In this document: positions 42,219 to 54,405 of the stretch, piece by piece | Numbering within the stretch: the stretch's first letter is position 1 | How the letters are laid out: every line of letters starts with the position of its first letter | Assembly: GCA_964016885.1 (NCBI GenBank) | Contig: OZ024743.1 | Coordinates: forward strand, 331,080,001 to 331,144,000 | Length of the DNA stretch: 64,000 nucleotides | Reading direction: 5' to 3' | Source of the DNA: Eledone cirrhosa | Lineage: Eukaryota | The notes under the pieces: model-generated | Databases searched by the model: none | Told to the model about the DNA's origin: nothing | What the model saw: the letters and a program-made list of their open reading frames with translations, nothing else | Translations under genes and position numbers: made by a program

Positions 42219-43559
42219 GTTGCTACAATAAAAAAAATTGCTTTTTAATCCCAATGTTCTGGGTTCTAAACCCTACATGACTAAAGGTAAGGGTTGGCAT
42301 AAATACCGAATTGAAAAGAACAAGTTTGATTTTTACACATACCTCCCTTCTTCTATGGACTGAATGCTGAAACTAACACATTACGGCACCAGATCCAGTA
42401 ATTCTTGCACTTAATTTAGCCTCCTGCCTTCCATCACTTGTGAACATGGCCCTGAGATACTTAAACTTCTCCACCAGTAATAGAATACCATAGAAGATAC
42501 TTAAACTTCTCCACCAGTAATAGAATACCATAGAAGAAACCTATATGTTTTAGTCCTCATTGTATGTATAAACTAATTGTAATTAATTAATTAATTAGAT
42601 ATATTGGACAATCATAATGGCTGTCCCTTGTGTTTAGGCAATTTCATTGTGAACAGTAAAAGAAGGATTGCAGTGAAATTCAATAAACAAAAGGACATCC
42701 TTTATTACTGTTCAACATATTTAATTAATTCTAATTAGTTTACACATGCAGTGGTGACTAAAATCTATAGGTTTATTCTATAGTATATAATAGAATGTAA
42801 AGAAGTAAAGTGGCAGAGTCATTTGTTGACTCCAGGGCGATGGATTGGCAGGATCAGTAGAGCATCGGACAACATGCTTTGCAGCATAGAGTTATGTCCC
42901 TTTACGTTCTGAGTCCAAATATCGCCGAAGTTAGCTTTGCCTTTCATCTTTACATCATCATCATCATCCTTTTACGTCCGCTTTTTCCCTGCTTGCAAGG
43001 GTGGGACGGGAACTGATTCTGGCTTGATTTCTACAGCTGGATGCCCTTCCTAACACCAACCTCATTTACAGTGAGGGCTGGGTGCTTTATTGCCATGGCA
43101 CCTACACGTCCACTTAGCAGTGGAATGATAGGGACCCCAGTCCTATCATCTCATTTTTACAGCTGAGTAAACTGGAGCAATGTGAAATAAAGTGTCTTGC
43201 TCAAGGAAACAACACATCACCCGGTCTGAGAATTGAACTCACAACCTTTTGATTGCAAGCCCAATGCTCTAATCACTAAGCCATGTGCCTCCACTTACAG
43301 GTTCGATAAAGTGATGTACTGGAGTTAATTTAATAGACCCCCCCCCCCACACACACACACACAAATCGTTGGCCTTGCACCTAAATCAGAAATCCTTGGC
43401 TCTGAGCACTTAGCACTTCATTCTTTTGAAATTGATAAATAAAGTACCAGTTTAATACTAGGATCAATGATTCTTCTATATCTCTTTCTAGCTCTCTCAA
43501 TTTCTCCCCACAAAATAATAAAAAAAATCAACTATGCTCCAACCTGGAGAAAGATGGGT

Positions 43560-44037
43560 TCTTCGTCAACAAATGAACAAAATATTAGGATGATTTCTAA
43601 AGAAAAGAGCTTGGATAAAATGCATTACACAGAATTTTAACATGCCAAAAATTGGTGCAAAACTAGTGCCCAAACATAGCACTTTCAATTAGAGAACTTC
43701 TGATGCAGAAAAACATTCCCACTCTTCATCCTTCTTATAGCCCAGATCTAACTCCATGTGATTTTTACTGCTTTGACTTGATTTTTACTTCTGAAATCGA
43801 AGTTGAAGGGTCATCTTTTGGGACTGTGGAAAATATACAAAAAATGTTAACTGACGAGCTAAGGACATTCATAGAAAATGACTTCCAGTACTGCTATGAC
43901 CAATGAAATAAATGTTGGAACCATGTGTGACTTCCCATGAGAAGTATTTTGAAGGAGGTAACTTGCAGTTTCATGTATGTCTAATATACATTTAAATAAA
44001 ACACCTGTACCCTTAATTTTGGGACAAATTTTGTATA
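43560..44037 (+). pseudogene. Mariner transposase C-terminal remnant with 3' TIR-like end
   Basis: HPSYSPDLTPCDF (YSPDLAP motif), then ENDFQYCYDQ*NKCWNH...KYFEG; ends ...ttttgggacaaattttgtata. Confidence 0.8.
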
Positions 44038-44739
44038 TCATCATCATCTCCATTTTACATCCATAGTCAACACTGTAAAGTGGTTGTGTAGGTATCACAA
44101 CAAAAAGCAACAAGTCGACACTGTAAAGTGTTCATGTAGGTGTCATGACAAAAAACACCCAACCCACACTGTAAAGAGTAAAGCGGTTATGTAAGTGTCA
44201 TGCCAAAAAAGCACCCATTCCACACTGTAAATGTGGTTGACATTAGAAAGGGCATCTAGCCCTAGAAACCAAGCCAAAATCAGTTCTGTAGGAGCAAAAT
44301 ATGGTCATCCGACCTAGCTTGTCTCACAACAGAACTGCTCATCAAACCCATGCTAGCATGGAAAATGGACATTAAATGGTGATGATGATGATGATATTCC
44401 ATGTTTGCATGCATTGGATGAGTCTTTTTCAGCACAGCACCCACCCACACATTGCATTCTTTCATCACATCCGCTATCAGCTTCAGCAGTTTGAAATGAG
44501 CTCACACCACCTCTGCCCAACAAATGGAAAATATGTTCAATATGACAACAACGTGTGAAATATGACCAGCACAAATTAAAACATAACTCTATAAAGCTAC
44601 TCAAAGAGAAACTGCTTAGTACAAATACTAGTTAGTGTCTGGAAGATACACGGTTCAATTCCTCATAAGGGACGATAGCTACTTCTTTTTCCATCTTTTA
44701 AGGGTCATCACCTTATTTTATAAGCTATCTTTTTTCACC

Positions 44740-44866
44740 TAATGCAGACGCTAGGAGATCAAAAAGTTTATGTGCATAACACTCCCTGAAACATAAGTAA
44801 TACACATGTAAAGTTTGAAAAAAATCGGTTGGGTTCTTCTCGAGTTTTAGGGATTCAAACTCACAG

Positions 44867-44897
<31 letters not shown>

Positions 44898-45210
44898 GAC
44901 AGACAGACATCCTCAGGGAAGTGACGTAATGCAGACAGCCAGACATACAGACAGATATTATAAGGGCGCGACGTTATATGTATGTATCTATCTAAAAAGA
45001 GAAAGACTAAGAATTATAGAGAGAGATCGCTAAATCGCCTGATGTGGTCCCTAGGGCATTGAAAATTTGAATTTTTTTGCTCAGAACACTCCCTGAAATA
45101 TAAGTATTACATGTGTAAAGTTTGAAAACAGTCGGTTGGGTGCTTCTCTAGTTTTAGTGATTCAAACTCTCACGCACGGAGACAGACATCCTCAGTTTTA
45201 TAGATAAGTA
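44740..45210 (+). mobile_element. Two partial copies of a microsatellite-bearing, Helitron/DINE-like non-autonomous element end
   Basis: Repeated acactccctgaaa..gtaaagtttgaaaa..tcggttgggt...(CA)n(CAGA)n catcctcag. Confidence 0.45.
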
Positions 45211-45343
45211 AAGGGATATTTAATTTGTTGGTGATTCAACAAATATATATGTTTATAACTGATTCAAAGCACTCGACAGATTTTCTGGAGTATAATATCA
45301 ATGATATTTATAAATGGAAACTATATTTATAAAACCATATTTA

Positions 45344-45400
45344 TTCTATTATATATATTTCAAGGGAACCAAAACTCTGGTACGCTCTCATCAGATAAAA
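45344..45400 (-). ncRNA. Decayed HHR
   Basis: ttttat-CTGATGA-gagcgtacca(gagttt)tggttccctt-GAAA-tatata-TA^atagaa; two mismatches in stem II. Confidence 0.55.
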
Positions 45401-46433
45401 TACAAAGTTTTAACAGTTCAAGTTTTACCTGGTAAAACTTGAACTGTTAAAATCTCGTTCCTAGATATGTTAATATTTATAAGACAAACTTTATAGTTTC
45501 CATTTATTAATATCACTGATATATATATATATATATACTAATTAGATAGTCATGGCTATTTCTGAAAACGAGACCCAAGAAGACCTGGGATGAGGTGATA
45601 AAAGCCGACCTTACCCAATTACACCTCAAAGGCGATGATGACACATGACCGTGACCTCTGGCATCACGCAGTAATACAGAGTACCCGACCTCCCATGGGT
45701 ACAAGCTGAAGCATAAAGACAATATGCCCCCACACACTCCCACTGCAAGGTGGTCGTGGAGGTGCCACAGCAAAAAAGCACCCAGCCCACACTGTAAAGT
45801 GAACATGTAGGCGCCACGGAAAAAAGCACCCAGCACTCACTGTAAATGAGGTTGGTGTTAGGAAGGGCATCCAGCTGTAGAAATCAAGCCAAAATCAGTT
45901 CCCGTATGAGCAAGGCATGGTCAGCCGACCAGACGCTGCCCACAACAGGACAACGCATCTAACCCATGCTAGCATGGAAGAACGGACATAAAACGGTGAT
46001 GATGATGATGATGATGATACTTATATCTAAAAAATCAAACAAACCAAAACTATAGTTTATTTTGTATGAACTAATTTCTTACCATTGTGTATTGTAAAGT
46101 TGTGTGTGGGTATATATATATTTATATATATATATATATATAAAAACAAATAACGAAACGAAATTAAATTTCGTTTCGTTTGTAACTCACTTTTGTATGA
46201 CTGACGCTTAAACAATTAAGTTAAAAATGTACATCCACATATGTATACTGAAATACTAGTATGCATATGAATACACACACGTGTACATATGTAGATGTAC
46301 CGAGTTTTTCACTGGACACTTTACTGTGAGTGTTCAGCTATTCTGTATGTAAACACACAGACAAACCGGTTTTTAGAGTCATACTGGTTTTCGAGGAAAC
46401 ACCTTTCCTCTATTCTCCAGAAAGCCAGACAGG

Positions 46434-46478
46434 AATATTGGACTAGTTTCGATGTTGTTACATCTCATCAGCAATATT
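46434..46478 (-). ncRNA. Minimal type I hammerhead ribozyme, intact (inverted copy)
   Basis: Exact reverse complement of 47044-47088. Confidence 0.85.
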
Positions 46479-47043
46479 TACCTATCCTCCGGCCTTTCTA
46501 GAGAATCGTAAAAGCACATATCGTTATATGCCTTTTCTATGAAAATTAGTAGTGGGCAGACTAATTTGCATAGAGCGTGAGTACGTACCGGTTCAGCGGA
46601 GACGATAAAAACAAATAACGAAACGAAATTAAATTTCGTTTCGTTTGTAACTCACTTTTGTATGACTGACGCTTAAACAATTAAGTTAAAAATATACATC
46701 CACATATGTATACTGAAATACTAGTATGCATATGAATACACACACGTGTACATATGTAGATGTACCGAGTTTTTCACTGGACACTTTACTGTGAGTGTTC
46801 AGCTATTCTGTATGTAAACACACAGACAAACCGGTTTTTAGAGTCATACCGGTTTTTAGAGTCATACTGGTTTACAAACGAAACGAAATTTAATTTTGTT
46901 TCGTTATTTGTTTTTATCGTCTCCGCTGAACCGGTACGTACTCACGCTCTATGCAAATTAGTCTGCCCACTACTAATTTTCATAGAAAAGGCATATAACG
47001 ATATGTGCTTTTACGATTCTCTAGAAAGACCGGAGGATAGGTA

Positions 47044-47088
47044 AATATTGCTGATGAGATGTAACAACATCGAAACTAGTCCAATATT
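47044..47088 (+). ncRNA. Minimal type I hammerhead ribozyme, intact
   Basis: aatattg-CTGATGA-gatgt(aaca)acatc-GAAA-ctag-TC^caatatt: 7-bp stem I, 5-bp stem II, palindromic stem III, GUC site. Confidence 0.85.
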
Positions 47089-47346
47089 CCTGTCTGGCTT
47101 TCTGGAGAATAGAGGAAAGGTGTTTCCTCGAAAACCAGTATGACTCTAAAAACCGGTTTGTCTGTGTGTTTACATACAGAATAGCTGAACACTCACAGTA
47201 AAGTGTCCAGTGAAAAACTCGGTACATCTACATATGTACACGTGTGTGTATTCATATGCATACTAGTATTTCAGTATACATATGTGGATGTACATTTTTA
47301 AATTAATTATATATATATATATATATATACATTTATATATATATAC

Positions 47347-47380
<34 letters not shown>

Positions 47381-47532
47381 ATACTTTGGGAGGGTCATGT
47401 TGCCAATAAGAAACACACGCACCAGTTGCTTTCACTTCAATTTATTATAATAAATTTATAATAAATTTATAAATTTATAAATTTCTGGTTGGTTGGTTGG
47501 TTGGTTCCACAACCAGATAGTTGTTTATATAT

Positions 47533-47577
47533 AGTCATAGTTCTTTCGTCACACACTCTGTGACCTCTTCAGTGACT
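47533..47577 (-). ncRNA. Minimal HHR variant (extra G after CUGAAGA)
   Basis: agtca-CTGAAGA-g-gtcaca(gagtg)tgtgac-GAAA-gaac-TA^tgact. Confidence 0.65.
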
Positions 47578-47734
47578 GGGGATTCCTTTCTTTGTTTCTG
47601 TGCCTCTCCTCTGTTCTGTCCTACGCCATTTTGTTTCTGTTTCTTATTGGCAACATGACCCTCCCAAAGTATAACAATATCGGTTTCAACACACGATTTC
47701 AGATAAAGAATCTTGCTAAACAAATTCAGAAACG

Positions 47735-47769
<35 letters not shown>

Positions 47770-47875
47770 ACATTAGGTGTTTCTTCAAATCTTTATCATT
47801 ATTTTCACTATATAATGTGATTTGTACAAAAGGCCTTAATTTTTTAACATTTTGATTTTTTTTACTATATATATA

Positions 47876-47911
<36 letters not shown>

Positions 47912-47924
47912 ATATATGTATATA

Positions 47925-48425
47925 CAACCTACTACAGTCAGTAGGCATCTCTATCAAAACACACCCCCGTCCCACCACCTCCACTCCACCCACACCGCCC
48001 CTTTCAATGTAAAGTTATGTTGGTCCCACAACATCCAGGCCGAAACAAATGAGATCGTGTAGGTGTCACGACAAAAAACACACAGTCCACGCTGTAAATG
48101 TGGCTGTGTAGGCAACACGGTAAAAACCTCCCAGCCCCACACTGTAAATGTGGTTGGTGTTAGGAAGGGCATCCAGCTGTAGAAAACCCGCCAGACAGTC
48201 CACGCTGTAATGTGGCCATGTAGGCAACACGGTAAAAACCTCCCAGCCCCACACTGTAAATGTGGTTGGTGTTAGGAAGGGCATCCAACTGTAGAAAACC
48301 CGCCAGACAGTCCTATGCGAGCAAGACAACCACTCTTGCCTCAAGTGGGAAAACCCCCGTCCAAACCCATGCAAGCGTGGAACACGGACGCTAAACCTGA
48401 TGATGATGATGATGATGATGATATA
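47925..48425 (+). mobile_element. RTE 3' UTR-only copy with internal duplication (related copies ~6230-6505 -, 45570-46018 +, 58416-58720 -, 58760-59215 +)
   Basis: Matches 36480-36860, including ggttggtgttaggaagggcatcc and the (GAT)n tail. Confidence 0.8.
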
Positions 48426-49199
48426 TATATATATATATATATATAATTGGCAATATTGGCAACCAGACCATCCCCATATATAACAATATATATATTTACA
48501 TATGCACTGACAGTTAAAACAAACACTGCTGACACAATAGTTATTTATATAAAATGCAAGGATCTGAATAATCAGAGAGAGGTCAGAGCAGAATGTGTAA
48601 AGAAACATAATAATAATAATTTTTATTTCTGATTTAGGCACAAGGCCAGCAATTTTGTGAGGAGGGGAAACTCGATTAAATTGACTCCAGTGCATTATTG
48701 GTGCTTTATTTTATCGATCCCGCAACGATGAAAGTCAAAGCTCACCTCTGACCATAAAGGGCTGTAACTCTATACTGCAAAGCATGTTGTCCAGTGTTCT
48801 GCCGATACTACCAGTCCACCACCCTATAATAATTGTTTCTACATTTGGCACAAGGCCAGCAATTACCCAGTGCATTACTGGTACTTTATTTATCGACCCG
48901 GTAAGGATGAAAGGCAAAGTTAACCTCGACGGGATTTGAACTCAGACCGTAAAGGGACATAACTATGCTGGAAAGATTGGTGTCCAACCCTTAATGTTTC
49001 TACTTTTGGCAATTACCCCAGTGCATTACTGGTGCGTTATTTTATCGACCCTGTAAGGATGAATAATTGTTTCTGATATATGCACGAGGCCAGAAATTTT
49101 GGAGGAGGGGAAAGTAGATTAAATCAACCCCAGTGCATGACTGGTACTTTGTTTTATCGACCCCGATAATAATAATGATAATAATAGTGGTTTATTTAC

Positions 49200-49341
49200 C
49201 TGTGCCATTAGTGATGCTAATTCTACAGCTAAGTCCCTATTCAAAGGGAATCGGCCCTGTACAATTTCTTCTTTAATTTGATAAGCCAACAGCAGTTTTT
49301 CTTTTTCTGTTTCATATCGACTGGTACTTTTGAAATATAAC
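49200..49341 (-). CDS. PLEKHH2: Exon (142 nt, phase 2/0) of the PLEKHH-like gene, FERM F2 lobe
   Basis: tttcag...gtaaat boundaries. (R)LYFKSTSRYETEKEKLLLAYQIKEEIVQGRFPLNRDLAVELASLMAQ matches LYF...ET.REKLLL.YQ....I..G.FPLN.DLA.E.A.L. Confidence 0.9.
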
Positions 49342-49982
49342 CTGAAAATACAAAAAAAAAAAAAAGACATTGTTTAACTCTTTGATGTCCTGTACCACAT
49401 GAAAACACATTAGCAAGACATTCTTTAAAAGTACAAAACAGCACTATAACTACATCATATTAAATATTTAAGTCTTTACCCTAATACTACAAATGTCAGA
49501 ATGATCTGTCCTGCAATAAAATATATTACACACATATATGTGTGTGTGAGTGTGTGTGTTCAGAGGGAAAGATATTTTTTCTTTACGAAAAAGTATTATT
49601 TCTTTGATAGCAAGACTACCATATATTCATTGTATATAATCATATAGTATATGCTTTCATATACACCCTATTTATGCTTAAACACTGTATTAGTGCAACT
49701 GCCAATTTATTATAAATGGGCAAGTTCGCACAATATGCAAATGACCATATCCATCCAATGTTTTCTATTTGCTATATGTAAATGAGTATTTCCAGCTAAT
49801 GTTAATCACACAAAATCTATATAGACATTAATCCAGTGATGAGGAACCTGTGGCCTTCTATACCATTCTGTGTGGCCTTTTGAAAGTATAAAAATATCGA
49901 GACTTACCAGAGCTACATTACAACAACCACTCCATCTAGATTACAGTTAACCTGACATTATACAAAATATAAACCCCTAGGT

Positions 49983-50636
49983 CAGAGATGGCGGACCTCA
50001 ACTTTCTATGCCATTCTGTGCAGCCTTTTGAAAGTATTAAAAATTTACAATAAATTTTCAATTTTTATTGATATGTTTTTATCTTTTATTGTGGATTGGC
50101 AGTATTGGTAGAGTGTCGGATGCCATGCTTTGGCGCATAGAGTTACGGCCCTTGCCATTCTGAGTTCAAATCCCGCCGAGGTTAACTTTGCCTTTCATCC
50201 TTACGGGGTCGATAAAATAAAGTACCAGTAATACACAGGGTAATTGCTGGCCTTGTGCCTAACGTAGAAACAATTATTTTAATTTAAACCATAAGATGAA
50301 CATATCTTAAATATCAAAGAGTAAAAGAAAACAATGAAATAATTCACACTGACAGACAGCCAGAATTAAAAACATTAGTAAATCATAAGGACCTCCATGT
50401 TGAAACTAAATATCAAACTGCTTTCCTGCAACAAGCAATCACAAAATCATTAAAAGGTAATTAGCTTTAACATTTTTTTTCCTGTTTTTTTTTAGATAAT
50501 TAGTATACAGTAATTAGATATTTTACAAAATAATGTAGATTTTAAGAATATATAATTATGGTGTCTTGAATGTGGCCTTATTATATTACAAGTAACTTAA
50601 TGTGGCCTTTCAACATGAAAAGGTTCACCACCTCTA
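49983..50636. mobile_element. Old hAT-Charlie-like non-autonomous element carrying a nested SINE
   Basis: TIR-like ends cagagatggcggacct / aggttcaccacctcta; both flanks contain a central CTAG. A related fragment lies at ~49833-49897. Confidence 0.6.
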
Positions 50637-50645
50637 ATCTAGTGT

Positions 50646-50694
50646 ATGTCACTGATGAAAGATTGACAAATCTTGAAACAGTGCTGTCTGGCAT
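50646..50694 (+). ncRNA. Type I hammerhead ribozyme, intact
   Basis: atgtca-CTGATGA-aagatt(gaca)aatctt-GAAA-cag(tg)ctg-TC^tggcat: all three stems pair, with one G.U in stem I. Confidence 0.8.
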
Positions 50695-51570
50695 TCTCAA
50701 CTGCTTCTGACACCATGTAAAGCAGTTGTGATGGTGACACAAAGAAGAAGTGCCCTGTCCACCCAGTTAGATGGTTATTTTGGTGCCATGATAAAAAGGA
50801 CTGTAATACGGTTGGCATTAGTAAGGGTAGCCAGCTGCAGAAGACAAACCAAAATATAGATCTGAACAAACATGGCATGGTTACTTCACTTAACTTGTTT
50901 TGTACTGTGACAACGTTTAACCCATACAAGCATGGAAAAATACACATGATGATGATGACATACAAATACATGCACATATATAGACCAACACACACATACA
51001 TACACACACACACATATGGGCATGTGTGTGTGTGTATCATCACCATCATCATTTAACTCCAAATTTCTATGCTGGCATGGGTTGGGCATATGTTGTGTGC
51101 ATGTATGTATGAATGTGAGCTAGTGTGTGTGTGTGTGCATGTGTCTATGTATATATGTGTGTGTATGTATATATGTATGTGTATGTGTGTAAGTAAGTAA
51201 GCATGTATGTATGTACGTATGTAAGTATATATGTATGTAAGCATATATGTATGTAAGTAAGTATGTACACACACACATTTATATAATTGTTGTTTGATTG
51301 TTGGAGTGATTATAAAAATAGAAATACATTTTGTACATCATTGATTTCTGTATTATTAGCTAGAGGTACAATACACTTGTTGAAACAGGAGAGTTTGAAA
51401 GGGAGGTAATTGCATTCGATGTTCAGCACTTTAAACACTTAGCTACTCTATTGTTTACTTATATATATAAATACATATATATGTACACACTCAAAATTAA
51501 CTACACTATATATAAATATATGTGTGTGTATTTATATATATATATAAATATATGTGTGTGTGTGTGTGTT

Positions 51571-51608
<38 letters not shown>

Positions 51609-51980
51609 TATATATATATGTATGTGAATATAAACTTATACATATATATACATAAACAAATATACATATTTATATACACACATATATATCTTATCAAATA
51701 TGCCTTTTGACACAAAAAGGTTTAATATACAATTAGTTAATGTGTGTGTATATGTTTGTGTGCATGTGAGCATGTATACATAGTAGGTATGTGTATATAT
51801 ACATGGCAAGTATGTGTGTATACACATGGTGTTTCTGTATATTTGTATATATTAGTGTTGTTAAATTTGTTGAAAGAATCTAAAATTATTTCATGGAATA
51901 ATTTTGTTTTGTATTTGTAAGCAAACAAATTCTCTTTTATAGATTAATACTTACAGACATACAGAAACACACATGCACAA

Positions 51981-52028
<48 letters not shown>

Positions 52029-52185
52029 ATATATATATATATATATATATATCTATATCTATATATATATATATATCTATATCTATATATATATCTATAT
52101 ATATATATATATATCTATATATATATATATATCTATATATATATATATATCTATATATATATATATCTATCTATATATATATCTA

Positions 52186-52249
<64 letters not shown>

Positions 52250-52972
52250 GAAGGCGCATGGCTTAGTGGTTACAGCATATTGGGCTTGCAATCGAAAGGT
52301 TGTGAGTTCAATTCTCAGACCGGGTGATGTGTTGTTTCCTTGAGGAAGACACTTATTTCACATTGCTCCAGTTTACTCAGCAGTAGAAATGAAATGATAG
52401 GACTGGTGTCCTTATTCCACTGCAAGGTGGTCGTGGAGGTGCCACAGCAAAAAAGCACCCAGCCCACACTGTAAAGTGGACGTGTAGGCGCCACGGAAAA
52501 AAAGCACCCACCACTCACTGTAAATGAGGTTGGTGTTAGGAAGAGCATCCAGCTGTAGAAATCAAGCCAGAATTAGTCCCGTATGGGCAGGACAAGGTCA
52601 GCCGGCTGGACACTGCCCACCACAAGACAACCCGTCTAACCCATGCTAGCATGGAAGAACAGACATAAAACGGTGATGATGATGATATATATATATATAA
52701 GTATATATATATATATATATAAATAATGATGTAGTATCTTCGCTTTGTCTCCACAAACCAAAGTATCGTCTTCCTGTTTTCCTTCGGTTGCAAGGTTTTT
52801 CGAAATATCTACTTCTGCGTTCACGGATTGATTTTTTTAGTTTCAGAAGATCCCGTTAAGGGTGAAAGCGATTCTTTGCTTAAACTTTAATCTGGTATTT
52901 TAGTAAATATTTGCTCTAGGGTTCTTATATATTTGATATATATTTATCTTTATCAAGCCCTCTTATTATTAT

Positions 52973-53010
<38 letters not shown>

Positions 53011-53362
53011 AAATATATAATAACTGAATATAAAAGAAAAACAAACACAGAAAGGGACCAGATTCGCTAAGGTGAAAAGAATATCAAAGCTGTCTGGGTG
53101 ATTGGTAGTTACCACAATTCCGGTTTGTATTTACTTTCTTGATTTATTCTTAAATTGAGTCTGGCAAACCCTATTCTCTATAGTTAGTATTCTTTTCACC
53201 TTAGCGAATCTGGTCCCTTATGATTTGAACACATATATGTATATGTCTGTGTTCGTTTTTCTTTTATATTCTGTTATAATATACGGCTCGGAAAAATCTC
53301 TTTCCTAGAGCTATTTTATTGTAAGAGACTATTTTGAGTTTCTAACTCAATATATACCTTTG

Positions 53363-53410
<48 letters not shown>

Positions 53411-54063
53411 TCATCATCTCATCATCTTCGTTTAACGTCCATCTTCCACGCTAGCATAGGTTAGACGGGAGTTGTCCCACTTGAGGCAAGGTTGGTCGGG
53501 TAACCGTGTCTCGCTCATATAGGACTCATATATAAATATATAAATATATATATCCCAAATAGTGGTTTCCTCTCCTTAGAATCTCACATGTGCTTTCACA
53601 ACCTGAGAGATTCCTGCGAAAAATGAACAAAAACCCATTGAGAAAGTGATGCCTTGTTCGATTATTATACCAAAAGCTTATTTTTATTTTTATAAGCAGA
53701 CAGTATTATTGATTTAGGTGTTGCAGAAACCCAAATTTCGGAGTATTACATCTTCCCCGAGGGTCCGGGTAACTATTTCAATCATATCTCATTTTGTTTG
53801 ACCCGTTTAGCTTGTTCGCTTTTTTGGCTATGGTGGCTATGGCTTCTTAACCATCGTCTCAGCGTGTATTATCATTTTAACTTATGTTTATAGCTCTGCT
53901 ATCCTCTTCATATGCATGGAGCGCTTGTCTGCACATTATTCAAGTTGCGTTTCGCTAATTTCTACCCACCAAAATGCGATTCTCGCTAAATTATATCTAT
54001 ATATATATATTTATATATTTATATATATATTCTGTCGATCGATTGGTTATTGATTAGGCGATA

Positions 54064-54173
54064 CCCACTGATGAAGCCGCACAAGCCGATTGTGCATTGT
54101 TGCATAATATATGCAGACAGATAGTGCAGTGCACCTTACTGTTGCATTAGTTTGGCAGAAACTCGAGTCCAGG
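54064..54173 (+). ncRNA. Decayed HHR with extended stem II
   Basis: ccca-CTGATGA-agcc...ggca-GAAA-ctcgag-TC^cagg. The 3' half recurs at ~37556-37730. Confidence 0.5.
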
Positions 54174-54324
54174 AACCTTATAGGCACCCGTTTTACGTGT
54201 GTTGTGTTGAGGCAAATAACTATGTGTATACTCTGGTAATGTATCTTACATTCCTATTGAGTGCGCTGAGATACAACCGGTACTGGCATTGATAAATATG
54301 CTGGGCCCGTCAACCCTTATTATA

Positions 54325-54405
<81 letters not shown>

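Larger units (their letters stand above)
46140..47308. mobile_element. HHR-bearing tandem plus inverted repeat (PLE pseudo-LTR or retrozyme-like)
   Basis: 465-bp unit starting 46140 restarts at 46605; 46872-47308 is the reverse complement of ~46214-46650; each arm carries an HHR; flanked by (TA)n. Confidence 0.8.

Noticed and set aside
48500-48600. ILAFYINNY resembling the PLEKHH C-terminal IASYINN
   Set aside because: Short match, would skip required exons, and the surroundings are low-complexity.
52840-52880. HHR-like cagaaga...gaaa
   Set aside because: Core mutated and stems I and III do not pair.
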